Source of the DNA: Thermoanaerobaculia bacterium
GTDB lineage: Bacteria; Acidobacteriota; Thermoanaerobaculia; Gp7-AA8
Direction of reading: 5' to 3'
DNA: 64,000 nucleotides
Assembly: GCA_035544675.1 (NCBI GenBank)
Contig: DATKCA010000025.1
Span: 35,776 to 99,775, forward strand
Of the stretch, positions 19,952 through 29,656 are shown in pieces. The notes beneath the pieces were generated by a model. It saw only the letters and a list, made by a program, of their open reading frames with translations, had not been told where the DNA came from and searched no databases. Each line of letters opens with the position of its first letter. The stretch's first letter is position 1. A program made the position numbers and the translations under genes.

Positions 19952-20036
19952 TCGTTAGGCGTTAGTCGTTAGGCGTTAGGAAAGCTGTCGCGCGAAGTTC
20001 CTAAGGACTAAGGACTAAGGACTAAGGCCTGAAGTA
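19952..20036. repeat. REP-like element: TTAGGCG-type heptamer array opposed to CTAAGGA array (imperfect hairpin)
   Basis: tcgttaggcgttagtcgttaggcgttagg ...loop... cctaaggactaaggactaaggactaaggcc fills the entire bshB-bshA spacer. Confidence 0.65.
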
Positions 20037-21158
20037 ATGCGAGTAGGAATCACGTGCTATCCAACATTCGGCGGGTCGGGCGTGGTGGCCACCGAGCTCG
20101 GTCTGGCTCTGGCCAAGCAGGGCGATGAGGCGCACTTCATCAGCTACGCGCTGCCGTCGCGGCTGAACATCCTCCACGAGCGCGTGCACTTTCACGAAGT
20201 GACGGTGACCTCGTATCCGCTGTTCGACCCTTATCCGCCGTACACGCTGGCGCTGGCGACGAAGATGGCCGAGGTCGCGGCGTACGAGAAGCTCGACGTG
20301 CTGCACGTGCACTACGCGATCCCGCACGCCATCAGCGCCTACCTCGCCAAGCAGATCCTCGGCCACAACCGGATCAAAGTGATCACCACGCTGCACGGGA
20401 CAGACATCACGCTCGTCGGACGCGACGCCAGCTACCTGCCGATCACCAAGTTCGGCATCGAGATCTCGGACGGCGTCACCGCCGTCTCGGAATGGCTGAA
20501 GGACCAGACCTCGCGGAACTTCGACACGCAGAAGGACATCGAAGTGATTCCGAACTTCGTCGACCCCGATCGCTTCAAGCGTCATGAGAGCGCTTACTGC
20601 CACATGTTCGGCGGGACGGGCGAGAAAGTCCTCTGCCACGTCTCGAACTTCCGGCCGGTGAAGCGGATCATGGACGTCATCGAGATCTTCGAGAAGGTGG
20701 TGAAGGTCGTTCCCAGCCGCCTGCTGATGGTCGGCGATGGGCCGGAGCGGTCGAAGGCCGAGGCATACTGCCGCGAGCACGGCCTGCGCAAGAGCGTCTT
20801 TTTCCTCGGCAACGTCCCGAATCTCGAAGAGGTGATCGCGGCGAGCCATCTCTTCCTGCTGCCCTCGGAGACCGAGTCGTTCGGAATGGCGGCCCTGGAG
20901 GCGCTGGCGTCGGAAGTTCCGGTGATCGCGACGCGAACGGGGGGCCTGCCGGAGGTGGTCGCGGACGGCGAGACGGGATTCCTGCTGCCGGTCGGCGACG
21001 TGAACGCGATGGCCGCGCGCGCGATCGAGATCCTCTCTGACGACTCGCTCCAGCGGCGGATGGGCATGGCCGGCCGTGAGCTGGCGATCGAGCGCTTCGA
21101 CGAGAACAAGATCGTGCCGCGGTATCGGAAGCTGTATCAGCGGGTTTTGAGCTCCTAG
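20037..21158 (+). CDS. bshA: N-acetyl-alpha-D-glucosaminyl L-malate synthase BshA (GT4)
   Basis: MRVGITCYPTFGGSGVVATELG... GT-B fold with the EX7E-like motif (ETESFGMAALEALASEVPVIA). Confidence 0.85.
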   Translation: MRVGITCYPTFGGSGVVATELGLALAKQGDEAHFISYALPSRLNILHERVHFHEVTVTSYPLFDPYPPYTLALATKMAEVAAYEKLDVLHVHYAIPHAISAYLAKQILGHNRIKVITTLHGTDITLVGRDASYLPITKFGIEISDGVTAVSEWLKDQTSRNFDTQKDIEVIPNFVDPDRFKRHESAYCHMFGGTGEKVLCHVSNFRPVKRIMDVIEIFEKVVKVVPSRLLMVGDGPERSKAEAYCREHGLRKSVFFLGNVPNLEEVIAASHLFLLPSETESFGMAALEALASEVPVIATRTGGLPEVVADGETGFLLPVGDVNAMAARAIEILSDDSLQRRMGMAGRELAIERFDENKIVPRYRKLYQRVLSS

Positions 21159-21212
21159 AGCTCAGGGTCTCCCGAGGCCCGAGGCCCGAGACCCGAGACC
21201 CGAGGCCCGCCT
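21159..21212. repeat. tandem heptamer array (RCCCGAG)x5 in convergent spacer
   Basis: ccgaggcccgaggcccgagacccgagacccgaggccc lies between the bshA and slt stops and is preceded by gagctcctagagctc. Confidence 0.65.
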
Positions 21213-23594
21213 TCAAGGCTCGATGCGGATCCCGCCGGCCGGCCCGCCCTGGCCGTAGATCTCGTTGTAGCGTTTGTAGCTGTTCATGACCTTGCGGACG
21301 TAGTGCTTCGTCTCGTCGAAGTTGATGGCCACGAAGAACCAGTCGTCGCCAGGCGCAGCGGCCAGGCGCGACCAGAGCGCGACCTGCTTCGGTCCGGCGT
21401 TGTATGCGGCCGCCGCTCGATAACGATTGCCGCCGAACTGCTGCGAGAGCTCGCTGACGTACTTTGCGCCCAGCCGGATGATCACGCGGGGGTCGTACAG
21501 GTCTTCCGCCGTGACGTCGACGAGGCCGACCTCGCGGCCGATCTCGCGCGCCGTGGTGATGATGAACTGAAGCAGGCCGCGCGCGGCTGCCTGCGACTTT
21601 GCGCGCGGATTGAACCGCGACTCCTCGCGCATGATCGACAGGACCAGGGTGGGGTCGGCGTCGTACCGCTCCGCGTCCGAGACGATGTACGACAGGAAGT
21701 AGCGTGGATAAAGAAGCTGGCGGACGCTCATCGGCAGCAGGTCGGGAACGTAGTCGGCCGGCACCGACCTCATGAGAATCTCGATGGCGCGAATCGACTC
21801 CCTCGAGGCGCTGCCGCGATTCAGGGCGATCGCCTGGGTCAGGGCCGAGCGCGGCTCGTTCAAGGGGAACTTCTGGCGAATCTCATCCACGGCCTCGTCA
21901 TGGAGACCCATGGCCATGAGGATCGTGGCGCGGTCGGCATCCTCGGGCAGCGGGAAGCGCGGCAGCGGCTGTGGCTGAAGCTCCAGGATGGCGCGGTACT
22001 CCGGCAGCTCGCGGTAGATCGCGGCGAGACGTTGCAGCTCGCCGGCGCGATTGCTCGATGACAGGAGGATGCGATCGGTCTCGACGTCCTTCGCTTCACC
22101 GAATCTCTTCGACGCCATGAGACTGGTCACCTGCGCTTCTCTCGACTGCAACTCCTGGGTGAGGCGCGCTGCAAGCGGCGGGGAGTCCAGCCGCTCCCGC
22201 GCAAAATACGCGTAGTGCGCCGGCGCGCTGGACCGCAGCACGGTGAGATACGACGCGAATGCGGCTCTGGCATCGCTCGCCTCGAGCGCTCGCGCCTTCC
22301 AGTACGCGAACTCGGGCCGGTCGTAATCATTGAGGAGCCCCGCCGGAACCGTGTTCAGGACCGAGACGGCGGCCGCACCGTTCCCCGCGGCGAGCATTCC
22401 CACGGCGTAGGCGAGGGATCCCTCGACGAGGGCGCGGTCGGAGGGTGCGATCCTGCGGAGCAGCACCACATCCGTGGCGGCCTCGCTGAGGCGCCCGGCT
22501 TTGACACGGGTGCGGATGCGCTGGGTGAGAGCGGTCGTGGTCTGCGGAAACGTCCCGGGGATGGCGATCGTCGCGGTCATCAGACGTTCGGCGCCGGCAT
22601 CGTCGCCGAGAAGCTGCGCCGCGCGAGCGGCATGCCACAGAAACATGGCCTTCCACTTCGGATCGGAGGTGGAGTTGGCGCCTCGCATGTACGCCTCGCC
22701 GGCGGCGGTGAAGTCCTCGCGGCCGAAGTGACTCCGTCCCAGGGCGTACTGCAGCTCATCGCGCCGGGCGGGAAGGTTCGGGATGGCCGAGGCGATGAAG
22801 GCGGCGGCGCGATCGAAGTGCCGGTGCTGCTGCATGGTCTCGCCGAAGAGGGCGCGCTGCTGCGGCGTCATCGTGCGCACGATCTCGGGCCGGTCGAGAG
22901 CGCGGGCCACGCGATCGGCCGCATCGTCTGTAATGGACGCGCCCAGCACCGCCAGGCCGGCCGTGAACGCGGCGGGAAGCTCGCCGCGGCGCACCAGGAC
23001 TTCGACCATCAGGGCGTCGAGGTCGCGGCTCGGCCCGGCCCTGGCGATGAAGCTGGCCAGCCTGTCCTTGTCGTTGACCGCCGCGAGAAGGGCGGCCTCC
23101 TCATCGATGGCCTCGTCGCGGTACATCGAGCCGTCACTCTCGAAGATCACTGCCTGCCGCACAGTGCTCGCCGCCCGGTCGTTGTTCCGGGCTGCATGAA
23201 TGGCGGCCTGGTGATACAGCGCCAGGGAGCGAAACGGGCTCCCGGCGTCGAGGAAGGGGCGGAGAGCGGCTTCGGCGTCGTCGAGCTCGTTCTCCTCGAG
23301 CAAAGCGCGCCCGTGCAGGTAGCCGAGCGACAGGCGGGCATACTGCTGCGGCTGCGTGGTCCTGATCTGGTCCAGCAGCGCGGCGAGATCCTCCGCATTC
23401 AGTGCGGCGAACGTTTCGCTCCACTGGTCGAGGGGCGGGACTGTCCGCGGTGGCTCCGTTCGCGTTTCCGCCGGCGCGACACGAAACAGACGGTGCCGCT
23501 GAAGGCGCTGCCTGGAAAGAATCACGGCGAAAACGACGATTGCCAGCAGGACCGCGGAGGCCGCTGCGAGTGTGACGAGTTTTCGTTTTGTCAA
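21213..23594 (-). CDS. slt: soluble lytic murein transglycosylase (Slt family) with superhelical N-terminal domain
   Basis: C-terminal SLT domain (LVLSIMREESRFNPRAKS...AAAAYNAGPKQV). Probable TTG start at MTKRKLVTLAAASAVLL (signal anchor), forming a TTGA overlap with the upstream gene's stop. The ORF track extends to 23777. Confidence 0.8.
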   Translation of the reverse strand: MTKRKLVTLAAASAVLLAIVVFAVILSRQRLQRHRLFRVAPAETRTEPPRTVPPLDQWSETFAALNAEDLAALLDQIRTTQPQQYARLSLGYLHGRALLEENELDDAEAALRPFLDAGSPFRSLALYHQAAIHAARNNDRAASTVRQAVIFESDGSMYRDEAIDEEAALLAAVNDKDRLASFIARAGPSRDLDALMVEVLVRRGELPAAFTAGLAVLGASITDDAADRVARALDRPEIVRTMTPQQRALFGETMQQHRHFDRAAAFIASAIPNLPARRDELQYALGRSHFGREDFTAAGEAYMRGANSTSDPKWKAMFLWHAARAAQLLGDDAGAERLMTATIAIPGTFPQTTTALTQRIRTRVKAGRLSEAATDVVLLRRIAPSDRALVEGSLAYAVGMLAAGNGAAAVSVLNTVPAGLLNDYDRPEFAYWKARALEASDARAAFASYLTVLRSSAPAHYAYFARERLDSPPLAARLTQELQSREAQVTSLMASKRFGEAKDVETDRILLSSSNRAGELQRLAAIYRELPEYRAILELQPQPLPRFPLPEDADRATILMAMGLHDEAVDEIRQKFPLNEPRSALTQAIALNRGSASRESIRAIEILMRSVPADYVPDLLPMSVRQLLYPRYFLSYIVSDAERYDADPTLVLSIMREESRFNPRAKSQAAARGLLQFIITTAREIGREVGLVDVTAEDLYDPRVIIRLGAKYVSELSQQFGGNRYRAAAAYNAGPKQVALWSRLAAAPGDDWFFVAINFDETKHYVRKVMNSYKRYNEIYGQGGPAGGIRIEP

Positions 23595-24046
23595 GAATCG
23601 TCGCGGGCGAGCGTCCCGCTCAGAATGGCCTGCGGGGCCCGCCTCAGGATCTCGGCCCGTGCAATCGCGTAGCCAAGGATGGCGTCCACGAGCATCCGCC
23701 GGCCGTCGCGCGAGAGGAGGATCAGCACTCTCTGGCGCACTTCCCGGATCTCGATGATGTCCTCCCACCGCATCCACCGCCCCCGCCTGCCGAACAGCGA
23801 CAGAAGCCGGTTCTCGTACATCACGCCCTGCTCGCTGAAGTAGATGTGGTCGCCGTACTGGATGACCGCCGCGGCGAGAGTGCCGAGGAACAGCAGGACC
23901 AGGCCGATGATGGGGAGGGGACGGATGTCGCCCGCGTTGTCGGCCAGGTAGGTGAAGAAGAGAGCCGCGGAGCCAAACGCCGCGGCACAGGAGACCAGCC
24001 TGGCGATGGGAGGCCGGTCGAACTTGAGGATCGTGTTTCTCTCCAT
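23591..24046 (-). CDS. hypothetical membrane protein (possible bacterial PH-like domain)
   Basis: Two N-terminal TM helices, then a small soluble domain. Start/stop coupling with slt. Confidence 0.45.
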   Translation of the reverse strand: MERNTILKFDRPPIARLVSCAAAFGSAALFFTYLADNAGDIRPLPIIGLVLLFLGTLAAAVIQYGDHIYFSEQGVMYENRLLSLFGRRGRWMRWEDIIEIREVRQRVLILLSRDGRRMLVDAILGYAIARAEILRRAPQAILSGTLARDDS

Positions 24047-24107
24047 TCAGTGCGGAACGTTACAACGGCGAGCGGCAGTGTAGAATGCCGCGTTTTTCGG
24101 ACCCGCT

Positions 24108-25820
24108 ATGCGCTGGACTCACTCCTTCATCAACACGTTACGGGAAGTTCCCGCCGACGCGGACGTCATCAGCCAGAAGCTGATGATGCGAGCCGGCATG
24201 ATCCGCAAAGTCGCCGCCGGAATTTATACCTATCTGCCGCTGGGGTTGCGATCCGTCCAGAAGCTCGAGGCCATCGTGCGCGAGGAGATGAACCGCGCCG
24301 GCGCGATCGAGCTGCTCATGCCCGCCATCCAGCCGGCCGAGCTCTGGAAGGAGTCCGGCCGCTGGCAGCAGTACGGAAAAGAACTGCTCCGCATCAAGGA
24401 CCGTCACGAGCGCGACTTCGTGTTCGGCCCGACGCACGAGGACGTGATCACCGAGACCGTGCGTGACGCCATCAACTCGTACCGGCAGCTGCCGGTCAAC
24501 CTCTATCAGATCCAGACCAAGGTCCGCGATGAAGTACGCCCCCGCTTCGGCCTGATGCGCGGTCGCGAATTCATCATGAAGGACGCGTACTCCTTTCACA
24601 CCACGCGAGAGTCGCTCGACGAGGTGTACGAGAAGATGCGCGACGCCTACAGCCGCGTCTTTCAACGATGCGCGCTCGATCATGTCCCCGTCGAGGCCGA
24701 CACCGGGAACATCGGCGGCTCGGCATCGCACGAGTTCATGGTGCTGGCGCAGTCGGGCGAGGACGCGGTGGTGAGCTGCCCGAGCTGCCGCTACGGCGCG
24801 AACATCGAGAAGGCCACCTCGAAGTTCTTCGCCGGCGAGCCGGAGCCGGCGCCGATGACCGAGATGGCTCCGCTCCACACGCCCGGCACGCAGTCGATCG
24901 ACGACGTCGGCAGATTCCTCGGCAAGCCGACCTCCGAGCTCGTGAAGACGCTCGTGTTCGACACCGACAACGGCGCGGTCATGGTTCTCGTGCGCGGCGA
25001 CCGCGAAGCCAACGAGGTCAAGGTAAAGAACTTCCTCGGCGCCGGCACTCTGGAGATGCTCGCCGACTCCAGCTTCGAAGCCGCAACCGGCGCCCCGGCC
25101 GGCTACTGCGGCCCGGTCGGTACGAAGTGTGCCCGCGTGCTCGCGGACGTCGCGCTCAAAGGACGCGTGAACTGGATTGTCGGCGGCAACAAGCGCGACA
25201 CGCACATCGGCGGTGTGAACCCCGGCCGCGATTTTTCGGAGCCCGAGTACGGAGACTTCACCACCGTCTTTGCCGGCGATCCCTGTCCGCGCTGCGGCAC
25301 GGCGCTGGAGATCTACCGGGGCATCGAGGTCGGCCACGTCTTCAAGCTCGGCACCAAGTACTCGGAGAAAATGAACTGCGTCTTCCTCGACGAGAAAGGC
25401 GAGCGCCAGCCCATGATCATGGGATGCTATGGCCTGGGGATCGGACGCACGGTCGCGGCTGCCGTCGAGCAGAGCCACGACGCCGACGGCATCATCTGGC
25501 CCATGCCGGTCGCCCCGTTCGAAGTGGTGGTCACCTCACTCGGAAAAGAGGAGAGCGTGCTCCGTACTGCTACCGAGGTGTACGAGAAGCTGGCGGAGAG
25601 CGGGATCGAGGTCCTGTTCGACGACCGGGACGAGAGACCGGGGGTGAAATTCAAGGATGCCGATCTGATCGGTTTTCCGCTCCGGATCGCCGTAGGCGCG
25701 AAGAGCCTCGCCAACGGGCAGATCGAGTGGAGCTGGCGCCGCGACAGGGCGAAACAGCTTGGCGCGCCCGTGGCGGTCATCGAGACTGTGATCTCCTCGG
25801 TGCGGGCCGCCCGGGTCTGA
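24108..25820 (+). CDS. proS: proline--tRNA ligase (bacterial type with INS editing domain)
   Basis: Class II aaRS motifs (FGPTHEDV, FIMKDAYSFH, GCYGLGIGR) plus anticodon-binding C-terminus. Confidence 0.96.
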   Translation: MRWTHSFINTLREVPADADVISQKLMMRAGMIRKVAAGIYTYLPLGLRSVQKLEAIVREEMNRAGAIELLMPAIQPAELWKESGRWQQYGKELLRIKDRHERDFVFGPTHEDVITETVRDAINSYRQLPVNLYQIQTKVRDEVRPRFGLMRGREFIMKDAYSFHTTRESLDEVYEKMRDAYSRVFQRCALDHVPVEADTGNIGGSASHEFMVLAQSGEDAVVSCPSCRYGANIEKATSKFFAGEPEPAPMTEMAPLHTPGTQSIDDVGRFLGKPTSELVKTLVFDTDNGAVMVLVRGDREANEVKVKNFLGAGTLEMLADSSFEAATGAPAGYCGPVGTKCARVLADVALKGRVNWIVGGNKRDTHIGGVNPGRDFSEPEYGDFTTVFAGDPCPRCGTALEIYRGIEVGHVFKLGTKYSEKMNCVFLDEKGERQPMIMGCYGLGIGRTVAAAVEQSHDADGIIWPMPVAPFEVVVTSLGKEESVLRTATEVYEKLAESGIEVLFDDRDERPGVKFKDADLIGFPLRIAVGAKSLANGQIEWSWRRDRAKQLGAPVAVIETVISSVRAARV

Positions 25821-25858
25821 TATTCTTTTCGCGGTCCCGATATTTATATGGAGGTTGC

Positions 25859-27247
25859 ATGCGCAGAGCGCTGATCCTGTCTCTGGGTGTCGTTCTCATG
25901 GCGTTTCCGGCAGTGGCTCAGAATACGAGTATCGAGTCGCTATCGGGTTTGCAGTTCAATTTCGGAAACCCCGGTGCCCGTGCCCTCGGAATGGGTGGCG
26001 CATTCCTCGGCCTGGCCGACGACGCGTCGGCTGCCGAGGCGAATCCGGCCGGTCTCACCATCCTGCGGAAGGCCGAGTTCACGATCGAAGCCCGCAACTA
26101 TCTCGAGCAACAGGTACTGACGACGAGCGGCACCTTCCCCGAACTGGAGCGCACCGGCTTCAATAACCACAGCCGGCGCGCGCCACTCGCATTTGCCAGC
26201 GCCGTGTTCCCGATCCGGAACCGGGCCACGGTCGGCGTGTACTTCCACCAAACGCTGCGCAATGAAGGCGCGGGCATCGTCTTTCCGACAGAGGACGAGA
26301 TTACGGGCCGGATCACGCCTCTCCCGAACTTCTTTCTCCCGGCCAACGGCACGCCGGTGACGCAGCAGGAGTGCATCGACATCGTCCGGAACACGGGCGA
26401 CTTCTTCTCCTGCCTCGAATACACCGTCAATCCGTTCATCTCCGCGGTGGACGTGGACATGAAGACCTACGGCATCGCGGGGGCGCTCCAGCTGCATCCG
26501 CGGTTCTCGATCGGCGTCACGGCCCGCTACCAGACCTTCACCGAGACGGCGCTCACGTTCCGTTTCGACCCGAATACCTTCGCGTTCCAGAACATCACCG
26601 CGCAAGCGACGGGCGAGATCGACGAAAGCGGGGCGTTCGTCGAGAAGACGGAGACGGACATCACGTTCGCGGCCGGATTCAAGTGGAGCCCGACCGACAA
26701 GTTGAGCTTCGGCGGCGTCTACAAGGTCGGCGCGGAGTTCGATGCTCCGACTCTTTTCGCCAGCCCCGACACCGACTTTCTCGTGGTGGACCAGACGCGG
26801 TTCCATATTCCCGACGTGGCCGGCCTGGGAGTCTCATTCCGGCCCATCCCCAGTCTGACCATCAACGTCGACGCGGTCCACGTGACGTATTCGAATCTCG
26901 TTGACGACTTCTTCTCGTTCTCGGAGGCGGTGCGCGAAGTCCCGAACACATTCGAGGCCAAAGACGTGACCGAGATTCACATCGGTGGCGAGTACTACTT
27001 CCCGACTCGGATCCCGTTCGCGCTGCGAGCCGGCTACTGGCGTGATCCGGCACACTCGACGCAGTACGTCGGACCGCTGAACCATCCGGACCGCGTTGCC
27101 GAGGCCCTGCTGTTCCCGAAGGGCGAGGATCAGGATCACTTTTCGATCGGGGCAGGCCTGGCCTGGCCGCGCTTCCAGATCGACATCGCCTACGACACAT
27201 CGGACCGCTACAAGGTCGGCTCGATCTCCGCGGTCACCCGCTTCTAG
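25859..27247 (+). CDS. outer-membrane beta-barrel protein, FadL/TodX-like transporter family
   Basis: Signal peptide MRRALILSLGVVLMAFPAVA, alternating amphipathic strands, and a C-terminal Phe (AVTRF). RBS GGAGG upstream. Confidence 0.62.
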   Translation: MRRALILSLGVVLMAFPAVAQNTSIESLSGLQFNFGNPGARALGMGGAFLGLADDASAAEANPAGLTILRKAEFTIEARNYLEQQVLTTSGTFPELERTGFNNHSRRAPLAFASAVFPIRNRATVGVYFHQTLRNEGAGIVFPTEDEITGRITPLPNFFLPANGTPVTQQECIDIVRNTGDFFSCLEYTVNPFISAVDVDMKTYGIAGALQLHPRFSIGVTARYQTFTETALTFRFDPNTFAFQNITAQATGEIDESGAFVEKTETDITFAAGFKWSPTDKLSFGGVYKVGAEFDAPTLFASPDTDFLVVDQTRFHIPDVAGLGVSFRPIPSLTINVDAVHVTYSNLVDDFFSFSEAVREVPNTFEAKDVTEIHIGGEYYFPTRIPFALRAGYWRDPAHSTQYVGPLNHPDRVAEALLFPKGEDQDHFSIGAGLAWPRFQIDIAYDTSDRYKVGSISAVTRF

Positions 27248-27264
27248 AGTCCGCAATGGAATGG

Positions 27265-27297
27265 GAGCGGCGGTGAGGACACCGCCGCTCCATTTCT
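27265..27297 (+). terminator. intrinsic terminator after the OMP gene
   Basis: ggagcggcgg-tgaggaca-ccgccgctcc, a 10-bp GC stem followed by ATTTCTT. Confidence 0.6.
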
Positions 27298-27317
27298 TGC
27301 GCTACTCTCCGTCGAAC

Positions 27318-28523
27318 ATGGAGTTCGACATCTTCTTCTCCATCTGCCAGACCGAGGTGAACGGCTACCTGCCGAGCGAGCGGGTCATGTTCGAGAACTT
27401 CTTCGAGCAGGTGGAACTTGCGGACCAGCTTGGTTTCAATACGGCGTGGGTCGCCGAGAGCCATCTCTCCACCGAGGTGCAGAAGACCAATCCCGGAGCA
27501 GTCATCCCGCACTTCGTGGGCGAGATCGGATTGAACACCGACATCCTCCAGCTCGCGCATCGGGTGTTCGCGCGGACGAGCGGCCTCGGCATCGGCTCGG
27601 CGATCATGAACATCCTCTGCAACGGCGGCCCGATCGCCGCGGCGGAGCGGGTCAAGACGTTCCTGGCGCTGCACGGTCTCGATCCGGAAGAGAAACGCAC
27701 GCTGACGGTCGGCTTCGCATCGGGCCGCTTCCCTTTCATCAACGTGCCGTACGGCATCGTCCCGCGCAGTCCCCTGGAGACCGCGGCGTGGCCTGTCGTG
27801 AAGAACCGGATCTTCGAAGAAGCCACGGAGATCTTTCTAAGGCTGCTGAAAGGGGAGACCCTGAGCTCGGACGACGTGGCGCGGCGGATACTGCGCCGCG
27901 CCGACTTCCGCTCCGACGCCGACTGGCAGCGGGTGGTCGAGGCATATGGGACGGAAGCCGCCGAGATCGTGCTGGAGCCGCGCTGGCGGTTCCCGAATCT
28001 CAAGATCGTGCCGCAGGAGCCGCGCATGGAGCTGCTGAGGCTCTCGATCGGCTCGCACGATCCGGCCACGCAGATCTTCGCGAACACTCTCATGCCCGTC
28101 GGCGTCTTCAACCTGTCGATCACGCCGGGCGACGAGATCGAGAAGACCAACGAGCGCATGCGCACGCACTACCATCCCGGCGGCGGGGGATGGCATCGCC
28201 GGCTGATGCCGCGCACCGTCCTCTGCTTCATCAACGACGATGCCGCCGCGGCCGCCGGAGAGGCCCGCCAGGCGTTGTCGAACTACTGGCGCGCTCTGGA
28301 GGGGACGCTGGACGAGGAGAAGGTGCGGCGGGCCACGAACAACGCTCTGGTCGGCGATGCCGCGGCCATCCTGGCCCAGATGGAGCAGCGGTTTGACCCC
28401 GAAGACCGGCTGATGCTCTGGTTCGACTTCAACAATCACGACTCGAAACGCGTGATGCGCAACATGGAGGCCTTCATGACCCGCGTCGCTCCGCGCTTCG
28501 CATCGATGGGAATCGCCCGGTGA
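27318..28523 (+). CDS. LLM-class (luciferase-like) flavin-dependent oxidoreductase
   Basis: MEFDIFFSICQ... TIM-barrel LLM family. Start placed after the terminator hairpin. The ORF track's upstream extension is rejected. Confidence 0.78.
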   Translation: MEFDIFFSICQTEVNGYLPSERVMFENFFEQVELADQLGFNTAWVAESHLSTEVQKTNPGAVIPHFVGEIGLNTDILQLAHRVFARTSGLGIGSAIMNILCNGGPIAAAERVKTFLALHGLDPEEKRTLTVGFASGRFPFINVPYGIVPRSPLETAAWPVVKNRIFEEATEIFLRLLKGETLSSDDVARRILRRADFRSDADWQRVVEAYGTEAAEIVLEPRWRFPNLKIVPQEPRMELLRLSIGSHDPATQIFANTLMPVGVFNLSITPGDEIEKTNERMRTHYHPGGGGWHRRLMPRTVLCFINDDAAAAAGEARQALSNYWRALEGTLDEEKVRRATNNALVGDAAAILAQMEQRFDPEDRLMLWFDFNNHDSKRVMRNMEAFMTRVAPRFASMGIAR

Positions 28524-29656
28524 TGGCGTTCGACGAGCACCTTCCCGTCAACTTCGCCCGGGCCATGCCGAACTGGCAGCCGCTCGTCGAGTACCGGCGC
28601 AACGGCGTCGCCGAGAACACCGTGCACGGCGCCGTGTCGTGGGTCTCCGGCCGCAACGTCATCTACTCGTTCGGCGGAAACGTCGAGGTCTACGGCCGCT
28701 CCATGGTCAAGCCGATCATGATGAAGGTGTTCCGCGGCGAGTTCGCCTCCGCGCTCTCGCCGGAACAGCAGGCCATCTCCGTCGCCTCCCACAACGGCGA
28801 TACCGAGCACGTCCGCGTGGCGCGCTCCATCCTCATGGAGGGCGAGTGGGGACTCATGCAGGCGCCGCACGACGTTCCACTCGTGCAGTTCGGCCGGCAG
28901 GTGCGGCGTCCGCGCCGCTGGTACCACTGCTGCTCGGGCGAGCACGCCGCGATTCTGAGAGGCTGCAAGCTGAAAGGATGGTCGAGGGTCGGCTACGTCT
29001 GGCCTCATCACCCGTTCTTCCAGGAGTACATGGCCTACATCCAGGGCGTGCTCGGAGACGGATGGAAGCCGGGACGCATCGCCAAGGACGGATGCGGGCT
29101 CCCGACGGTGAGCATGACGGTCACGGACCTGGCCAGGCTGTTTGCGAACCTCGTCACCGAGAAGAGTGGCGACTGGATCTGGCGCGCCATGGCCGAGCAT
29201 CCCGATCTGATCGGAGGATTCAACCGGCTGGACTCGACGATCCTCAAGGCCTGTCACGGCCGCGTCATCGCCAAGGAAGGCGCGGACGGACTCCTCGGCC
29301 TGGCCATCGAGCACCCTCAGTATCCGGAGGGGCTGGGCGTCGTGGTGAAGGTCGCGCACGGCTGGAATCCGCAGGCCACCTGGTACATCGCCCGCTACAT
29401 CCTCGGCGTCCTCGGATTCGAGTTCCGGAATCCGTACAAGCTGCGCCGCCAGAAGGCCTTCATCGTGCCGGAGGTGATCCCGCCGGACCTCCGCGACCGA
29501 ATGACCGGGATCGTGCCGTGGGACTCGTGGGATCCGGATATCGATCGCTGGGAGTTCGAGCCGGAGGAGTACGTCGCCAGCGGTCATTCCGGGCGCAGCG
29601 GGAGATCCGGGGGAGGGGCGGTCCCCGAGTTTCCTGCGTCGCTACGGTCGGGATGA
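28520..29656 (+). CDS. asparaginase-II family (PF06089-like) protein
   Basis: RSMVKPIM, SHNGDTEHV, CSGEHAAIL, GCGLPTV and AKEGADGL match the Rhizobium-type asparaginase II family. GTGA/ATGA overlap with LLM. Confidence 0.55.
   Translation: MMAFDEHLPVNFARAMPNWQPLVEYRRNGVAENTVHGAVSWVSGRNVIYSFGGNVEVYGRSMVKPIMMKVFRGEFASALSPEQQAISVASHNGDTEHVRVARSILMEGEWGLMQAPHDVPLVQFGRQVRRPRRWYHCCSGEHAAILRGCKLKGWSRVGYVWPHHPFFQEYMAYIQGVLGDGWKPGRIAKDGCGLPTVSMTVTDLARLFANLVTEKSGDWIWRAMAEHPDLIGGFNRLDSTILKACHGRVIAKEGADGLLGLAIEHPQYPEGLGVVVKVAHGWNPQATWYIARYILGVLGFEFRNPYKLRRQKAFIVPEVIPPDLRDRMTGIVPWDSWDPDIDRWEFEPEEYVASGHSGRSGRSGGGAVPEFPASLRSG

Noticed and set aside
24668-27247. 859-aa plus ORF spanning proS and the OMP gene
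   Set aside because: An off-frame read-through of proS that happens to join the genuine OMP frame. The real OMP starts at the ATG at about 25859, which has its own RBS and signal peptide.
27096-27317. Upstream extension of the LLM gene (starts at 27096 or 27261)
   Set aside because: A strong terminator hairpin (27265-27297) lies inside the extension. The canonical LLM N-terminus is MEFDIFF at 27318.
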